From an uncultured Candidatus Peribacteria bacterium (lineage in GTDB: Bacteria; Patescibacteriota; Gracilibacteria; Absconditabacterales; Absconditicoccaceae): a stretch of 60,099 bases of DNA. A program made the translations under genes and the position numbers. The stretch's first letter is position 1, and each line of letters starts with the position of its first letter. The notes under the pieces are model-generated. The model saw only the letters and a list, made by a program, of their open reading frames with translations. It was not told the DNA's origin and did no database searches. Below are positions 40,603 to 51,857 of this stretch, piece after piece. The stretch covers positions 1 through 60,099 of the forward strand of contig CAYRIQ010000001.1 of NCBI GenBank assembly GCA_964424505.1, written 5' to 3'.

Positions 40603-42099
40603 ATGTGGTATACTAAAAAAATATTTTTCTGATTGATGATGGTGATTGTTTGACGAACGTGTACTGCTTCAGCACAACAATATTTTACACTTCAAGATTT
40701 TTTACAATCATATTTCAATGTAGTACTGCAAGATCAAACAATTCCTGATTCATATACATACATTGATGTAAAATACAAAAACAGTACAAATACTCATTTT
40801 GCTACCTTACTTCAAAAAGTTATTTATTTATGATATTTCCCAAATATCCCTACATATTTACCACTTAAATCATATATAACACAGCGTCAAGTAGCTGATA
40901 TCATCAAGAGTAATATCCACAAAGAGATTGCCTATCAAGATGATGGATATGTATCTTCTCAGCGACTGGTAAGTGTATTATCTCAAGTACAAGAGTGTAT
41001 GCAACAAAAGAAACAAAATATTTCACAATGAAATTCTCAAGCACTTAATTATAACTTATTAGAAAGTGTATATAGTATATTACATGAAGACTATATTGAT
41101 AAAAATAGTATTGATTCACAAGAGCTGTTATATGGCGCTACGCAGTGATTAGTCAAAAGTCTCAATGATGAACATACAGTATTTATGCCTCCTCCACAAG
41201 CTACAAATTTTACTGATGAGATGCAATGAAATTTTGAAGGTATAGGTGCATATATTGAGAGTAAACAACAAGGAATTATACATATTGTAGCTCCTATACA
41301 AGGATCGCCAGCAGATCTTGCATGATTGTTGCCTGGTGATCAGATTCTCATGGTAGATGAGCATAAAGTAACTAAAGATACTCAAGTAAATCAAGTGATA
41401 GATCGGATAAAGTGACCACGTGGTACATTAGTTATTATAAAATATTTGAGGAACAAAAAAGAATATAATGTTTCTATACAAAGAGATACTGTTGTCATCA
41501 AAAATATAGAATCAAAAGTATACACATGAGGAACGTGTTATATCAATATTCGTATGTTTGATTTTTGAGTATATCAAGATTTTTCTTCTACTATCGATAG
41601 TATCTGACATTCGTCTACTTGTAATACATATATATTTGATGTAAGAAACAATCCTGGTGGTAGTTTAGATGAAGTTCAACAAATGTTAAATTATATTGTG
41701 CCCACAAAAAGTCCATCAATAATAATCAAAGGAAATGATTATAATGAGACATTGTTTTCTCAAGATATTCCTGGCAAAAAAATAACCGAAACCAATAGTA
41801 TTATACTTACCAATAAAGGTTCTGCATCAGCATCAGAAATTTTTGCTGGAGTCGCAAAGGAATATGGAAATCATGTCAAAATAATAGGAGAACCAACATT
41901 TGGTAAATGATCAGTGCAAACTATGGTAGAATATTCTGATGGATCAGTGCTAAAATATACGATAGCAAAATGGTATACAGGAAAATATCAAAAAAACATA
42001 GATAAAATCTGACTTTTCCCTGATATTACTATATACGATGACGTCAATACTTCTGCTGATGAACAACTTGATTATGCACGTTCATATATCTTTAAATAA
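40603..42099 (+). CDS. Carboxyl-terminal processing peptidase (S41 family, PDZ-containing)
   Basis: Signal peptide MWYTKKIFFGLMMVIVGRTCTASA. FEGIGAYI, the PDZ motif GSPADLAGLLPGDQI, DVRNNPGGSL, the catalytic GSASASEIFAG, and TFGKGSVQ. Confidence 0.85.
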
Positions 42100-42177
42100 T
42101 TATAAATTGCAAAATATAGTGAATACCATATAGTATAAAATATGCGAATATATTTACTTATTAATTACCTTATATAT

Positions 42178-42684
42178 ATGACAGAGACCGCACTAGTGCT
42201 TATAGATTTTCAGTCAGAGTGGAGTAACCCAGCAAGTGAATATTATGTTGCTGATATGCAAGAAATTGTAGCAAAAACCAATTATCTTATTGATTATTGT
42301 AGGACAAGATGATATAAAATTATATGGACAAAACACAGAGAAATAGATTCATTAGATGATTTTTGACCAGACACGGAAATTATTTCTGAGCTTAAAAAAG
42401 AGGACACAGATACAATTATCATAAAAAATAAAATAAGTCCTTTTTACAATACATCCTTAGAAAAGGAATTGGATGGAATCAAAAATGTAATAGTTTGTGG
42501 TATCTTGACCAATTTATGTGTGAGAAGCTTTATCCAAGATGCTTATGATAGGGATTTTATTATCACCGTGATCAAAGATTGTTGTGTTGCCCATACTCCA
42601 GAAATTCAAGAATTCACATTGTATGATCTAGCTCAAACGAGAGAAGAAATAGATTTTACTACATTTAAAGAATTTGTAGAATAG
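42178..42684 (+). CDS. Isochorismatase-family cysteine hydrolase
   Basis: ALVLIDFQ, KNKISPF, and VVCGILTNLCVRSFIQDA (catalytic Cys). Confidence 0.75.
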
Positions 42685-42711
42685 GTTATAAAAGATAAAT
42701 ATCGTCTACTC

Positions 42712-43146
42712 TTAGTCTATAAAATGTTTAAAATCTTTGAGATTATCAAATGACTTATAAACAGAAGCAAATCTTACATATGCAACAGGATCAATTTTTT
42801 TGAGTGCTCTCAATACATCATCACCAATCTCTTTTGATGTGATTTCATTTTTATCGATAGACCATTCTGCTTCTAGATTATTAATAAGATTTTCAATATT
42901 TTCTTTATCTATTTCTCTTTTTGCAAACGCCAACAAAAGTGCTTTTTTGAGCTTTTGTCTATCATATATTTCTTTGCTACTGTCTTTTTTGATAACAACC
43001 AATTCAGTAAATCCCTTTCTCTCAAAAGTGGTAAATCTATGCTCACAATATTCACATTCTCTTCTTCTTCTGATACTTTGGCCATCTTCGATCACCCTTG
43101 AATCAATAACTTTAGTTTCCATACTCTGACATTTTGGGCATTTCAT
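42712..43146 (-). CDS. nrdR: Transcriptional repressor NrdR
   Basis: MKCPKCQSMETKVIDSR...RRRRECEYCEHRFTTFE zinc ribbon plus ATP-cone. Confidence 0.9.
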   Translation of the reverse strand: MKCPKCQSMETKVIDSRVIEDGQSIRRRRECEYCEHRFTTFERKGFTELVVIKKDSSKEIYDRQKLKKALLLAFAKREIDKENIENLINNLEAEWSIDKNEITSKEIGDDVLRALKKIDPVAYVRFASVYKSFDNLKDFKHFID

Positions 43147-43218
43147 AACTTTATATATAATGATATAAACAGTGGACAACCAACAATGTATAATTAGTTA
43201 AATAATTTTTAGTTAGTC

Positions 43219-45414
43219 TTATTGTGGCATTAAAAATCTTTTATTATAATAACTAATATTTTTCAAAAATCATTTAAACCATATAATATCCTCACTGATA
43301 ATTTTTTTCTTGATTTCATCATCACATTTTTCTCCACAAAATTTTGCTCGATTCATTTCTCAAATTTTTAGATAGTCTTTATTGTCATCAATTTCTATCC
43401 AATAGGTAATGATTTGATTAAAGTCAGCTTGGATATCATGGATTATACTGATCATTTTAGCATGATATTGTTCATCAATATGCAAAATATTTTCAATATA
43501 AAGTTGTATAAGAATTTCAATATGTTTAGCAGTAGTGTTTTGAAGATACGTCAAAAAAATCAATACACCAAAAATAGTTTCTCTAAGTGTAGAAAATATG
43601 CCCAAAATTACAAGATCAGAATAATCTTTTTGTAGGAGAAGACCATTGTCTCGCATTGCTCTAAAAAATTTTTTGCTGATCCAAAAATCTAGGTTGTATA
43701 TATTTTCTTTGATATGATAAATATCTTGTTCGGTTAGATTGTTTTTCAACGTAGATAAAAATCCTGTATCCACTAAATGTATAGAAATATCTTGATAGAC
43801 CATTTCGACAAATTGATCATCATGTATGCGTACCATGTCAGATATTTCCGACCCTATCAGTCATTTAAAAAGCTCAATAATCATTTTATTTTTTATATAA
43901 AGTCTTATATCTTTTGGATTTATATCCTGTAGGATAGTCGCAATAGCTGTTTCGTCAAAAGATTTTAAAAGACTTATATTTGAGTATACATCTTTAATAT
44001 TCGTTTTTTGAGGTAAGAGAAATTTTTGTTTTCCTGCCCTCACATTTTCTGCAGTATGTTTATAGAAAAAAACATTTTTGCCATACTGATAAAGAAGCCT
44101 ACCATAATAGGGTAGTGTATAATCTTTTTTGTCTAAATGATCTGAAATAGAAAAAGTATATTCGATAATTGGTTTTCTAAACAATCTAAGAAAAAATGTA
44201 TCTCATCTAGATAGTCGAGATCATCAGATCAAAGTAATATAAAAATTTAAAATTTTTTCCATAATTTTAGATTCTTTTTTGATTCTTTCTGGGATTTTGA
44301 AACTTTCTATATTTTCTACATTTTCACCGATAGAAGACATCAAATCATCAAGATCTTCTTGAATGGCTCATGGAGTACTATCTTGCTCTCTAAATACCGT
44401 GACAATATACTTTTGTACTCACTCAAAAAAGTTTTTTTTGAAATGTTTATAATCTGTAATATAGAGCAAAAAATTTTCTAGTTGAGTATCATCTTTATGA
44501 AAGCTCTTGATAAAACCATCAAGTATTTTTTTGTCGAACAGTTTTGCAATGATAGAATCTGTAATGAGAAACATATCAGCATCAATAAAAAGGTATCTCA
44601 AGAGAATATCCGCAGGGAGTATAGATTGCAATATTTTTGTTTCTATGGATGAAAAAAAAGTCTGATGAGTAAATTCTTGGTGATGTCAGATAAATTCTGC
44701 ATAAATTGTTTTTTCTTTACCTTTGAGCTCATCATAAAAAATCCAAGAATATATATCTTTGTCAGAAACCTGTGGATGTATAAATAGAGTATTAAAGTTT
44801 TTATATACAGCAAACAATAAAAAGAAAAGCTCTACTTGATTGAGTAGTGATTTTTTCAATTCTTTGATAATTGTGGGATCAATTTTTTTTCCTGTTTGTT
44901 GAAAAACAAAAGTATAAAAAGAAAAAACTATTTCTATAAACCAGTTATAATTTTTTTCTCTTTCTTGATAAGGAAATATTTTTATCCTTGCAAAAAAAAC
45001 AAAACTTAACAAAAAAACAGTATACAAAAAATTAAGATAATATTCTGGTGGATAATTTCTAAATACATCTTTGACATACAATGCTACCACGAGTGATAAG
45101 TGATTCGCAATATTAGCAGGAGAAAAAAATCTATAGCCATTGAGGTTGGCGGTAGCACAATAACTATAATACGTGTCAATGTCTTTTTGTTTAGTAGCAT
45201 TATTTTCTCCAAATCCAATTTTAAATTCGAACGGATCAAGCGTTACATCAAAAAGATTGAGTTTATAATTTTCTACAATTTTTCTATTAATTACTGAAAA
45301 AAATTCTTTCGTTGAAATAAACGAAATAAACATACTTGCAGGATTGATAGTTTGTGCAATTATTTCATCAGGAAATAACGATAGTAAAATTCTTTTAAAT
45401 AACTGCATATACAT
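43219..45414 (-). CDS. Hypothetical protein (731 aa), predicted mostly helical
   Basis: Four track ORFs (43360, 43861, 44419, 44686) are in one frame. I read the joins codon by codon and they contain only TGA. Ends at TAA 43219. Confidence 0.6.
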
Positions 45415-45452
45415 AGAAAATAGTGATAAATTATGATCATAAAATATAAAAT

Positions 45453-45956
45453 TTATTCTTTTGCAAGAATAGTAATTTCATATTTTAAGGTATCTCGTGT
45501 TTGTCTAGGATTGATATCAAAAAGGACTAAAACATTTCCTTCATCATCTTTTTCTGTCCCTGTAATGATTCATTCGACTCATCATAAATTGTGCATAGTA
45601 CCATTGGTTGGTGTAATACTAAGTTTATCAAAAATGAGTTGTGAAATTTTTTGAATATTTTTTGCATCATAAAGTTTTCCATATCATTTTGCTGGCTTGA
45701 TAGTTATAGATTTAGTTTTTCCTACCTTCATACCAATGACACCCTCATCCAATCCTTGAATTACTTGTCATGAACCTACAATAAACATGAGTGGTATAGC
45801 TTCGGTATTTTGATCAAAAGTTTTTCCATCAGGGAAAGTTGCCGTATATACGATAGAGATATTGTCACCTTTTTTTACACTGTTTTTACTAGAACATCAC
45901 GCAAATATCAAAACAGCAAATACCAAAACACATGCAAGAGAAAGAAATTTTTTCAT
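45453..45956 (-). CDS. FKBP-type peptidyl-prolyl isomerase lipoprotein
   Basis: MKKFLSLACVLVFAVLIFAGCSS lipobox (its Gly is TGA). FIVGSGQVIQGLDEGVIGMKVG. The frame was checked and contains no TAA/TAG. Confidence 0.8.
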
Positions 45957-46060
45957 AGCAAAAGAGTTAAACAATAAAATGCTTTAAAATAAGCATAGAT
46001 ACTATGTATAGTAGTAGTTATTTAATCCAACAAAGCAATCCAAAATACGTACCAAAAATA

Positions 46061-46471
46061 TTATTTACTGATTTTCTCGAGGATAAATTTGTTCCATGAT
46101 GCCTGCGGACTATTGACGCTTTTATCTTGATATTCAAATGGTGATGTTGTACTTCAAGTCTTTATTTGTTGCTTTTGATATATTTCTTCAAATTTAACGA
46201 TATATTCTCTTTCTGAAAGCATATTATTTTCGTGTTCAAGAAAATATTTAGCATATTCAGATTTTTCATAATTTACCAAAAAATTTTGTGTAAAATCAAG
46301 CTCACTAGTTTTGATATGTTGTTGTATATTTGCTTCTTCGATAGCTGTTTCTATTGATACATAGTTTACATATGTTCTGATCGCTATGATCATCGCAAAA
46401 ACATCAAGAATCAAAATTCCATACTTTATACGATTTGGATATCTTCTGAGTAGTGTTTGTAGTGTATCCAT
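46061..46471 (-). CDS. Single-pass membrane protein, FtsB/DivIC-like (tentative)
   Basis: TM helix YGILILDVFAMIIAI, then a coiled-coil segment and ...FLEHENNMLSEREYIV. The ORF reads through TGA 46154. Confidence 0.4.
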
Positions 46472-46557
46472 AATAACTAAACGATGAAAGGGATCAAATA
46501 TTTCTGTATTTTCATACAGTAATGAAGTATTGTTATTCTTAGTTGAAAAATCAAGCT

Positions 46558-46662
46558 AAATTAATAAAAATTAAAAGATTAAAAATTTTCTAAAATTAAA
46601 AAATTCATAACATAATATATTCATATTTTTTTGTTGATATTCAAAATCTTTTAATCTTTTAG
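46558..46662. repeat. Periodic-word inverted repeat H6 (AAATTAAAAGATTAAAA ... AAAATCTTTTAATCTTTT)
   Basis: The arms are complementary and separated by about 30 nt, in the divergent spacer upstream of mutL. Confidence 0.55.
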
Positions 46663-46669
46663 TCAATGT

Positions 46670-48379
46670 ATGTCTATACGTAAACTTCCAGAATATCTTA
46701 TCAATAGGCTCAAGGCATGAGAAATTGTAGAAAGACCAGCATCTATTCTCAAAGAACTTATAGAAAATAGTTTAGATGCAGGAGCATTGACGATAAAAAT
46801 AGATATTCATGATGGAGGGAAATCACTCATCACGATCGAAGATGATGGATCGTGAATAGAATTGTCAGATATGGATTTATTATTTGAAAGATATGCAACA
46901 TCAAAAATACACGGAGAACAAGATTTGTTCAATCTCAGTAGTTATGGATTTCGTTGAGAAGCACTAGCAAGTATAGCTGAAGTGAGCAAAACTACCATTA
47001 TCTCCAAGACAGAATATAGTGAAATAGGTACTAAAATAACAAAGTCAGGGATGGATTCTATCGTTAAACACCAACCAGTAGGATTTACACATGGGACATT
47101 GGTAACTATTCAAGATCTATTTTACAATGTACCTGCGAGACTAAAATTTTTAAAATCTTCACAGACTGAATTTTTTTATTGTTACAATTACATCGTAGAT
47201 ATTGCTATCATGCATCCAGACAAAACATTTATTTTCAAAAAAAACGACAAAGTCGTATTTGATCTTCAACCAAGAGACTCCCTCATGGAGCGTATCATAG
47301 ATATTTACAAAAAAGATCGATCAGCACATATCAAAGAGCTTGATTTTAAAAGTGAGGAACTATCTTTGTACGGAATTGTAGGAAATGCACAATTGCTCTT
47401 TTGATCAGCAGAAAATATCAAAATATATGTCAACAAAAGGCCAGTACAAGACAAAATCATCAGAAAAGCTCTTATGGATGCCTACTATAGACAAATAACA
47501 CCAGGTGAATATCCATTGGCTATATTGATGATCGATGCAAAACCAAGTTTTGTAGATGTAAACGTACATCCCAGAAAACTTGAGGTAAAATTTGCAGATT
47601 CTAGAAAAGTCTATGATGTGGTTCACTCAAATATTCAAAATGCATTATGAGAAAAAAAAATTTCTAATGTTAGTCAATCATTTACTCCTTTGAATACGCC
47701 ATGAAATGTAAACATAGGATCATCTTCTTTGTTATATGACCAAATATCAGCACAGCCAAATATAACGCAGTCTACAATGTTTACAACCCAAGAACCTCAA
47801 CCATTTCGAAATGATGAAATAGGTGAATATAAGGTGATAGGACAACTTTGGAATGCATATATTCTTTTGGAATCAGATGACGCAATATATTATATTGATC
47901 AACATGCATTAGCAGAAAGGATCCTTTTTGAAAAAATAAAAAAATCTATTGCTGAATGATCTTCTTCGGAAACGTTGCTTCAACCACTTATTCTTGAGAT
48001 CACGAACATCCCAAATCTCGACGAAAAATTAGAAGAAATAAATATCTTAGGATTTGATGTCTCTATGATAGGAGAAAATAAAATAGCAATATATGCTGTT
48101 CCGCAAATATTTTCTGTGTACAAAATTGATATGGAAAAAATATTTAATCATATTTTATATATGGAAACAATTACGTTTAATTATATTTTAGACAAAATAT
48201 TTGCTACTCACGCGTGTAAGGTCTCTATAAAAGCAGGGGATAGACTCTCATTTCCTGAGATGATAAATCTTGTAAAGGACGGATTTGTACATATTCCATG
48301 ACTTTTCGTTTGTCAGCATGGAAGACCATTTTTTGTTAAAACAGAAAAAAAAGATATAGATAGATTGTTTGATAGATAA
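46670..48379 (+). CDS. mutL: DNA mismatch repair protein MutL
   Basis: [59 protein letters not shown], and the C-terminal FVCQHGRP. One frame through TGA codons. Confidence 0.9.
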
Positions 48380-48396
48380 ACATTATAACAAACCAC

Positions 48397-49425
48397 TTAT
48401 CTTATTTCTATTTGATACCCAGTAAGCTGAGTTGCTAATTTTACATTAGAAGCTCATTTACCTATAGCGAGTGCTTTTTGACTTTCGTCCATAGTAACGA
48501 TAGCTTTATTGTCTATGATTTCTACATGATTGATTTGTGCTGGTTTAAGACAATTTTTTATCAACAAAATTGGATCTTCTGCATCTTCCACAAAATCTAT
48601 TTTTTCACCATCAAGTAGTGAAAGGACAGTATTGATTCTATCTCATTTGCTTCCTACCATTACACCAACAGGATCGACTTTTTCTTCATTTGAGGAAACA
48701 ATGATTTTTGTCCTTTTCCCAGGAATTCTTACAATTTTTTCTATCATGACTATGCCTTCTTCGAGTTCTGGCACAATTTTTTTGAGGATCGCTTCAATGT
48801 ATTCTGTAGTAGATTGTGTTATTTCAAGGACAATTCAACCTTGTCATTTGGATATTTGTTTCAATAATACAAAAATTTCTTCTCCTGGTTCATACATTCT
48901 ATTTGGAATTTGTCCATCTGGTTGAAGCACAACTGCAGTTCACTCGATATCAAGGATAATGCTATCTGCATGGACTCTAATCACTCTTGCTTTCAATAAT
49001 TCTCCTTGTTTGTTTTGAAATTTTTCGTAAAATCTTTCTCTTTCAATGCCTTTTAAACTTTGTTTTATGGTTTGAGCAGCAGATTGAGCTGCAATTCTAG
49101 AAAGTTCAAGGGTCTCAGGAGTCACATTGATTAATAATTTTTCTCACAAAGTAGCATCTTTCCTTATTTTTTTTGCATCAGCAAGCGTAATTTGTTCTTC
49201 AGGTTCTTCTACATCTTTGACTACTTCCAATTCTCTATAAATAGTTACTGTTCCATCATTTTCAATATTTACAATAATTTCAGATTTTTTATATTGAGGA
49301 AAATCTTTTTTAAATCCAGATTTAATACCCGATTTTACAATCTCAAGTACTTGATAAGGATCGAATTTATAATCATCTACAAGTGCCATAATTGCAGTTT
49401 GGATACTTTTCCCGTCTAATTTCAT
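48397..49425 (-). CDS. nusA: Transcription termination/antitermination factor NusA (no C-terminal AR repeats)
   Basis: N-terminal domain, S1 (GELLKARVIRV...), and KH1/KH2 (RTKIIVSS...VDPVGVMVGSKGDRIN; AIGKGASNVKLATQLTG). The frame was checked and contains no TAA/TAG. Confidence 0.9.
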
Positions 49426-49588
49426 CGATTTTTTGGAGTAAATAAAAAATAGGATAAGCTTATTATCCTACATATATAGTATATTTTTATAATTCAACTT
49501 CAATACTAATTTTTAGTAAATAATGTATATTCTATTTTCAGAGATTTGATTGTGTATTGTATATATATGTACACAAAAAAATAAAAAT

Positions 49589-50923
49589 TTATAATTTTTT
49601 TAGTAAATCAGTAATTATGCTATTGTACACGTTCATACCTGTATCTGTGAGTCTGAGTTTAGTTCCATCTCGCTCAATTAATCATTTTTTTTTATAAATA
49701 GATAACAAGGATTCGTAGGTAGGTACAAGCATAGGAATAAATTTTTTAAGATCAGCGATTCCTTCCCTAGTTCTGAGTCTGAGAAAAAATTCTTCAATTA
49801 ATATATCTGATTTATTCAGCACATGGACTTCTTTTTCATCGACTCGATGTCATTCAAGATATTGCTTGATATCTCATGTATTAGTTCGGCGAATGCCGAA
49901 GGGTTGAAGGGTTGAAGCGTTGAAATGTTGAAATGTTTTTGGATTGTTTATTATTCATTGCTGATTAAAAAATGAGCTCGCAGACAACCCCAATCCAAGA
50001 TAGTTTTCCATATTCCAGTAAATCATATTGTGTATAGATGCTTTACCTGCTGCAGCAAAATTTGAGATTTCATATCTCATAAGTCATGCATCTTCGATCA
50101 TTTCTTTCAAGAGCAAAAATTCCTCCATAATCTCTTCATCAGTTCCATAGTATGTCGGTGGATAAGTTACCTCACCCCCAACCTCTCTCCCATTTTTAGA
50201 GAGGAGTGACTTTCCTTCTCCATAGCTTGCCCCGTATATTTCACTGCGGGGTAATAGGGAGGGTGAGGGTGGGGTAGTATTGCTTAGTCCTTCTAGTGTA
50301 TATAAGGAAATACTGTCAACATATCCGCTTGCAAGAAATTTTTGAAAAAAATCACGTTTAAATTCATGTCGCAATTGTTTGAAACCATTTTTGCTGACTT
50401 GGAATTTTCCAAATGCAATAAAATCAAAATTGAAGACATTGTTTCCTTGTTTGAGTTTGATGAGTGATCTCAGAAACTCTACAATACTTCAGAAATTATA
50501 TGCTCTTCAAGCCAGTTTTAGAACTTCATCATCAAAACTTTGAATGCCAAAACTATATCTTAGTCTAGAAAGTTTTGGATATTTTTTATTCAATGTTTGT
50601 ACAAAGGTCAAAACTTCTTCTTCTGGATATGGATTTAATTCGATACTGAGTTCTGCTAAATCTTCAAGATTAAACTTGGTTTTTATGTATTCGATGATAT
50701 CAATGATCCTTGTAACTCACATTCTACTAGGTGTTCCTCATCCAAAATATAATGTTTTCAATGCTTTGTCTACCAAAGTATTTGCATAATGATCGATTTC
50801 TTTTTTCAATGCTATAATATAGTCATCGATTAAGGTATCAGAAGAATCTACTGGCATACTATTGAAGGAACAATAAGCACATTTGCTTGTACAAAAGGGA
50901 ATATGAATATAAAGACTCAACAT
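49589..50923 (-). CDS. hemW: Radical SAM heme chaperone HemW / HemN-like protein carrying two insertions
   Basis: LYIHIPFCTSKCAYCSF, YFGGGTPS, YEISNFAAAGKASIHN. One frame over 445 codons. It contains GC-rich element E3 and an 8-mer periodic tract. Confidence 0.85.
49898..49935. repeat. Periodic-word tract H7 inside the hemW CDS (four TTGAA words at 8-nt spacing)
   Basis: gaagggttgaagggttgaagcgttgaaatgttgaaatg, translated on the minus strand as ...TFQHFNASTLQPF.... Confidence 0.6.
50166..50277 (-). repeat. GC-rich palindromic element E3, in frame inside hemW
   Basis: gttacctcaccccc ... gggtgagggtggggta terminal inverted repeats with internal hairpins cctctct/agagagg and ccccg/cgggg. Read as NTTPPSPSLLPRSEIYGASYGEGKSLLSKNGREVGGEVT. 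Confidence 0.8.
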
Positions 50924-50951
50924 ATATAGTTTTAAAATGACTAAAAAATAT

Positions 50952-51830
50952 TTATTCTCTGCTTAAATCGAGACCTTCTCCGTATTCGAATTTGCCGAGT
51001 TTGAGTCAAATTTTATCTTTTTTGCAATACTGTTTATAATCGAGTACTTTTTGTTTTCTATTTTCAATCGGTTCTTTAGTCATCATACCAGGACCACCGA
51101 TACATCATCACTCACAGGCGAGGATATCAAGGAATCTGATATTTTGATTGTTCTTAAATTTTTGAAATCCTGCATCGAGATTCGCTGGACCATCAACGAC
51201 CAGTATTTGATCTTTAGTTAAAATTCATTTAATATGGAGACTATCAGCTACGCCTCATGCAAGGGGATAGACTTTGGTATAATCATTATAAAATTTATCA
51301 AAATCTGGTGTGCCATCTTCCGTCACGGAATACGTAAATTCTTTCGGTTCGATAGTATTTTCTTTGGTATAATTGAAGATATCTTGCAGTTCTTTAAATG
51401 TTATCGCAAAATCGATGCCATATTGTTTCGCTTCCATTTTCTTGGTAAAACATGGTCCGATAAAAAGTGTTTTATATTCCGGACCATACGCTTTCTTTAC
51501 AAATCTATTCATCACTACCATAGGTGACGCTACATCGATAATATATTCTTTTAGCTCTGGATATTTAAACTCAATCATTTTGACAACTGTAGGACAGTTG
51601 GGACAAATATATCTTTTATCAGGATTTTCTTTTAAGATCCTCTCATATTCCATATTGATTAATTTCGCCGCATAGGTGAGCTCTACAACCTTCTTTATAC
51701 CGATTGATTTGAGGTTAATGATGATTTCGGGATAAGAGAAATCTCCAGGAAAACTTGGTGCAAGCAAACAGACGATTTTCTCGTGTTGGAGAGCATCTAC
51801 GAGAGTCTGAAGTTCTGGAGTAAGAGACAT
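50952..51830 (-). CDS. [FeFe]-hydrogenase H-domain-like protein (minimal, no accessory ferredoxin domains)
   Basis: H-cluster-like motifs: ICPNCPTVV (degenerate motif 1), FIGPCFTKKMEA (motif 2), LDILACEGGCIGGPGM (motif 3; its two Gly are TGA). 292 aa. Confidence 0.7.
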
Positions 51831-51857
51831 AGCTAAACAATTACGTTGATAAATATA

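Noticed and set aside
42142-42177. An upstream in-frame ATG for the isochorismatase-family gene.
   Set aside because: It would add MRIYLLINYLIY, which is not typical. The family normally starts just before the ALVLIDFQ strand, so ATG 42178 is preferred.
45433-45654. Plus-strand 73-aa ORF.
   Set aside because: It is antisense to the FKBP lipoprotein gene, which I verified frame by frame.
48530-48925. Plus-strand 131-aa ORF.
   Set aside because: It is antisense to nusA, whose S1/KH frame is well supported.
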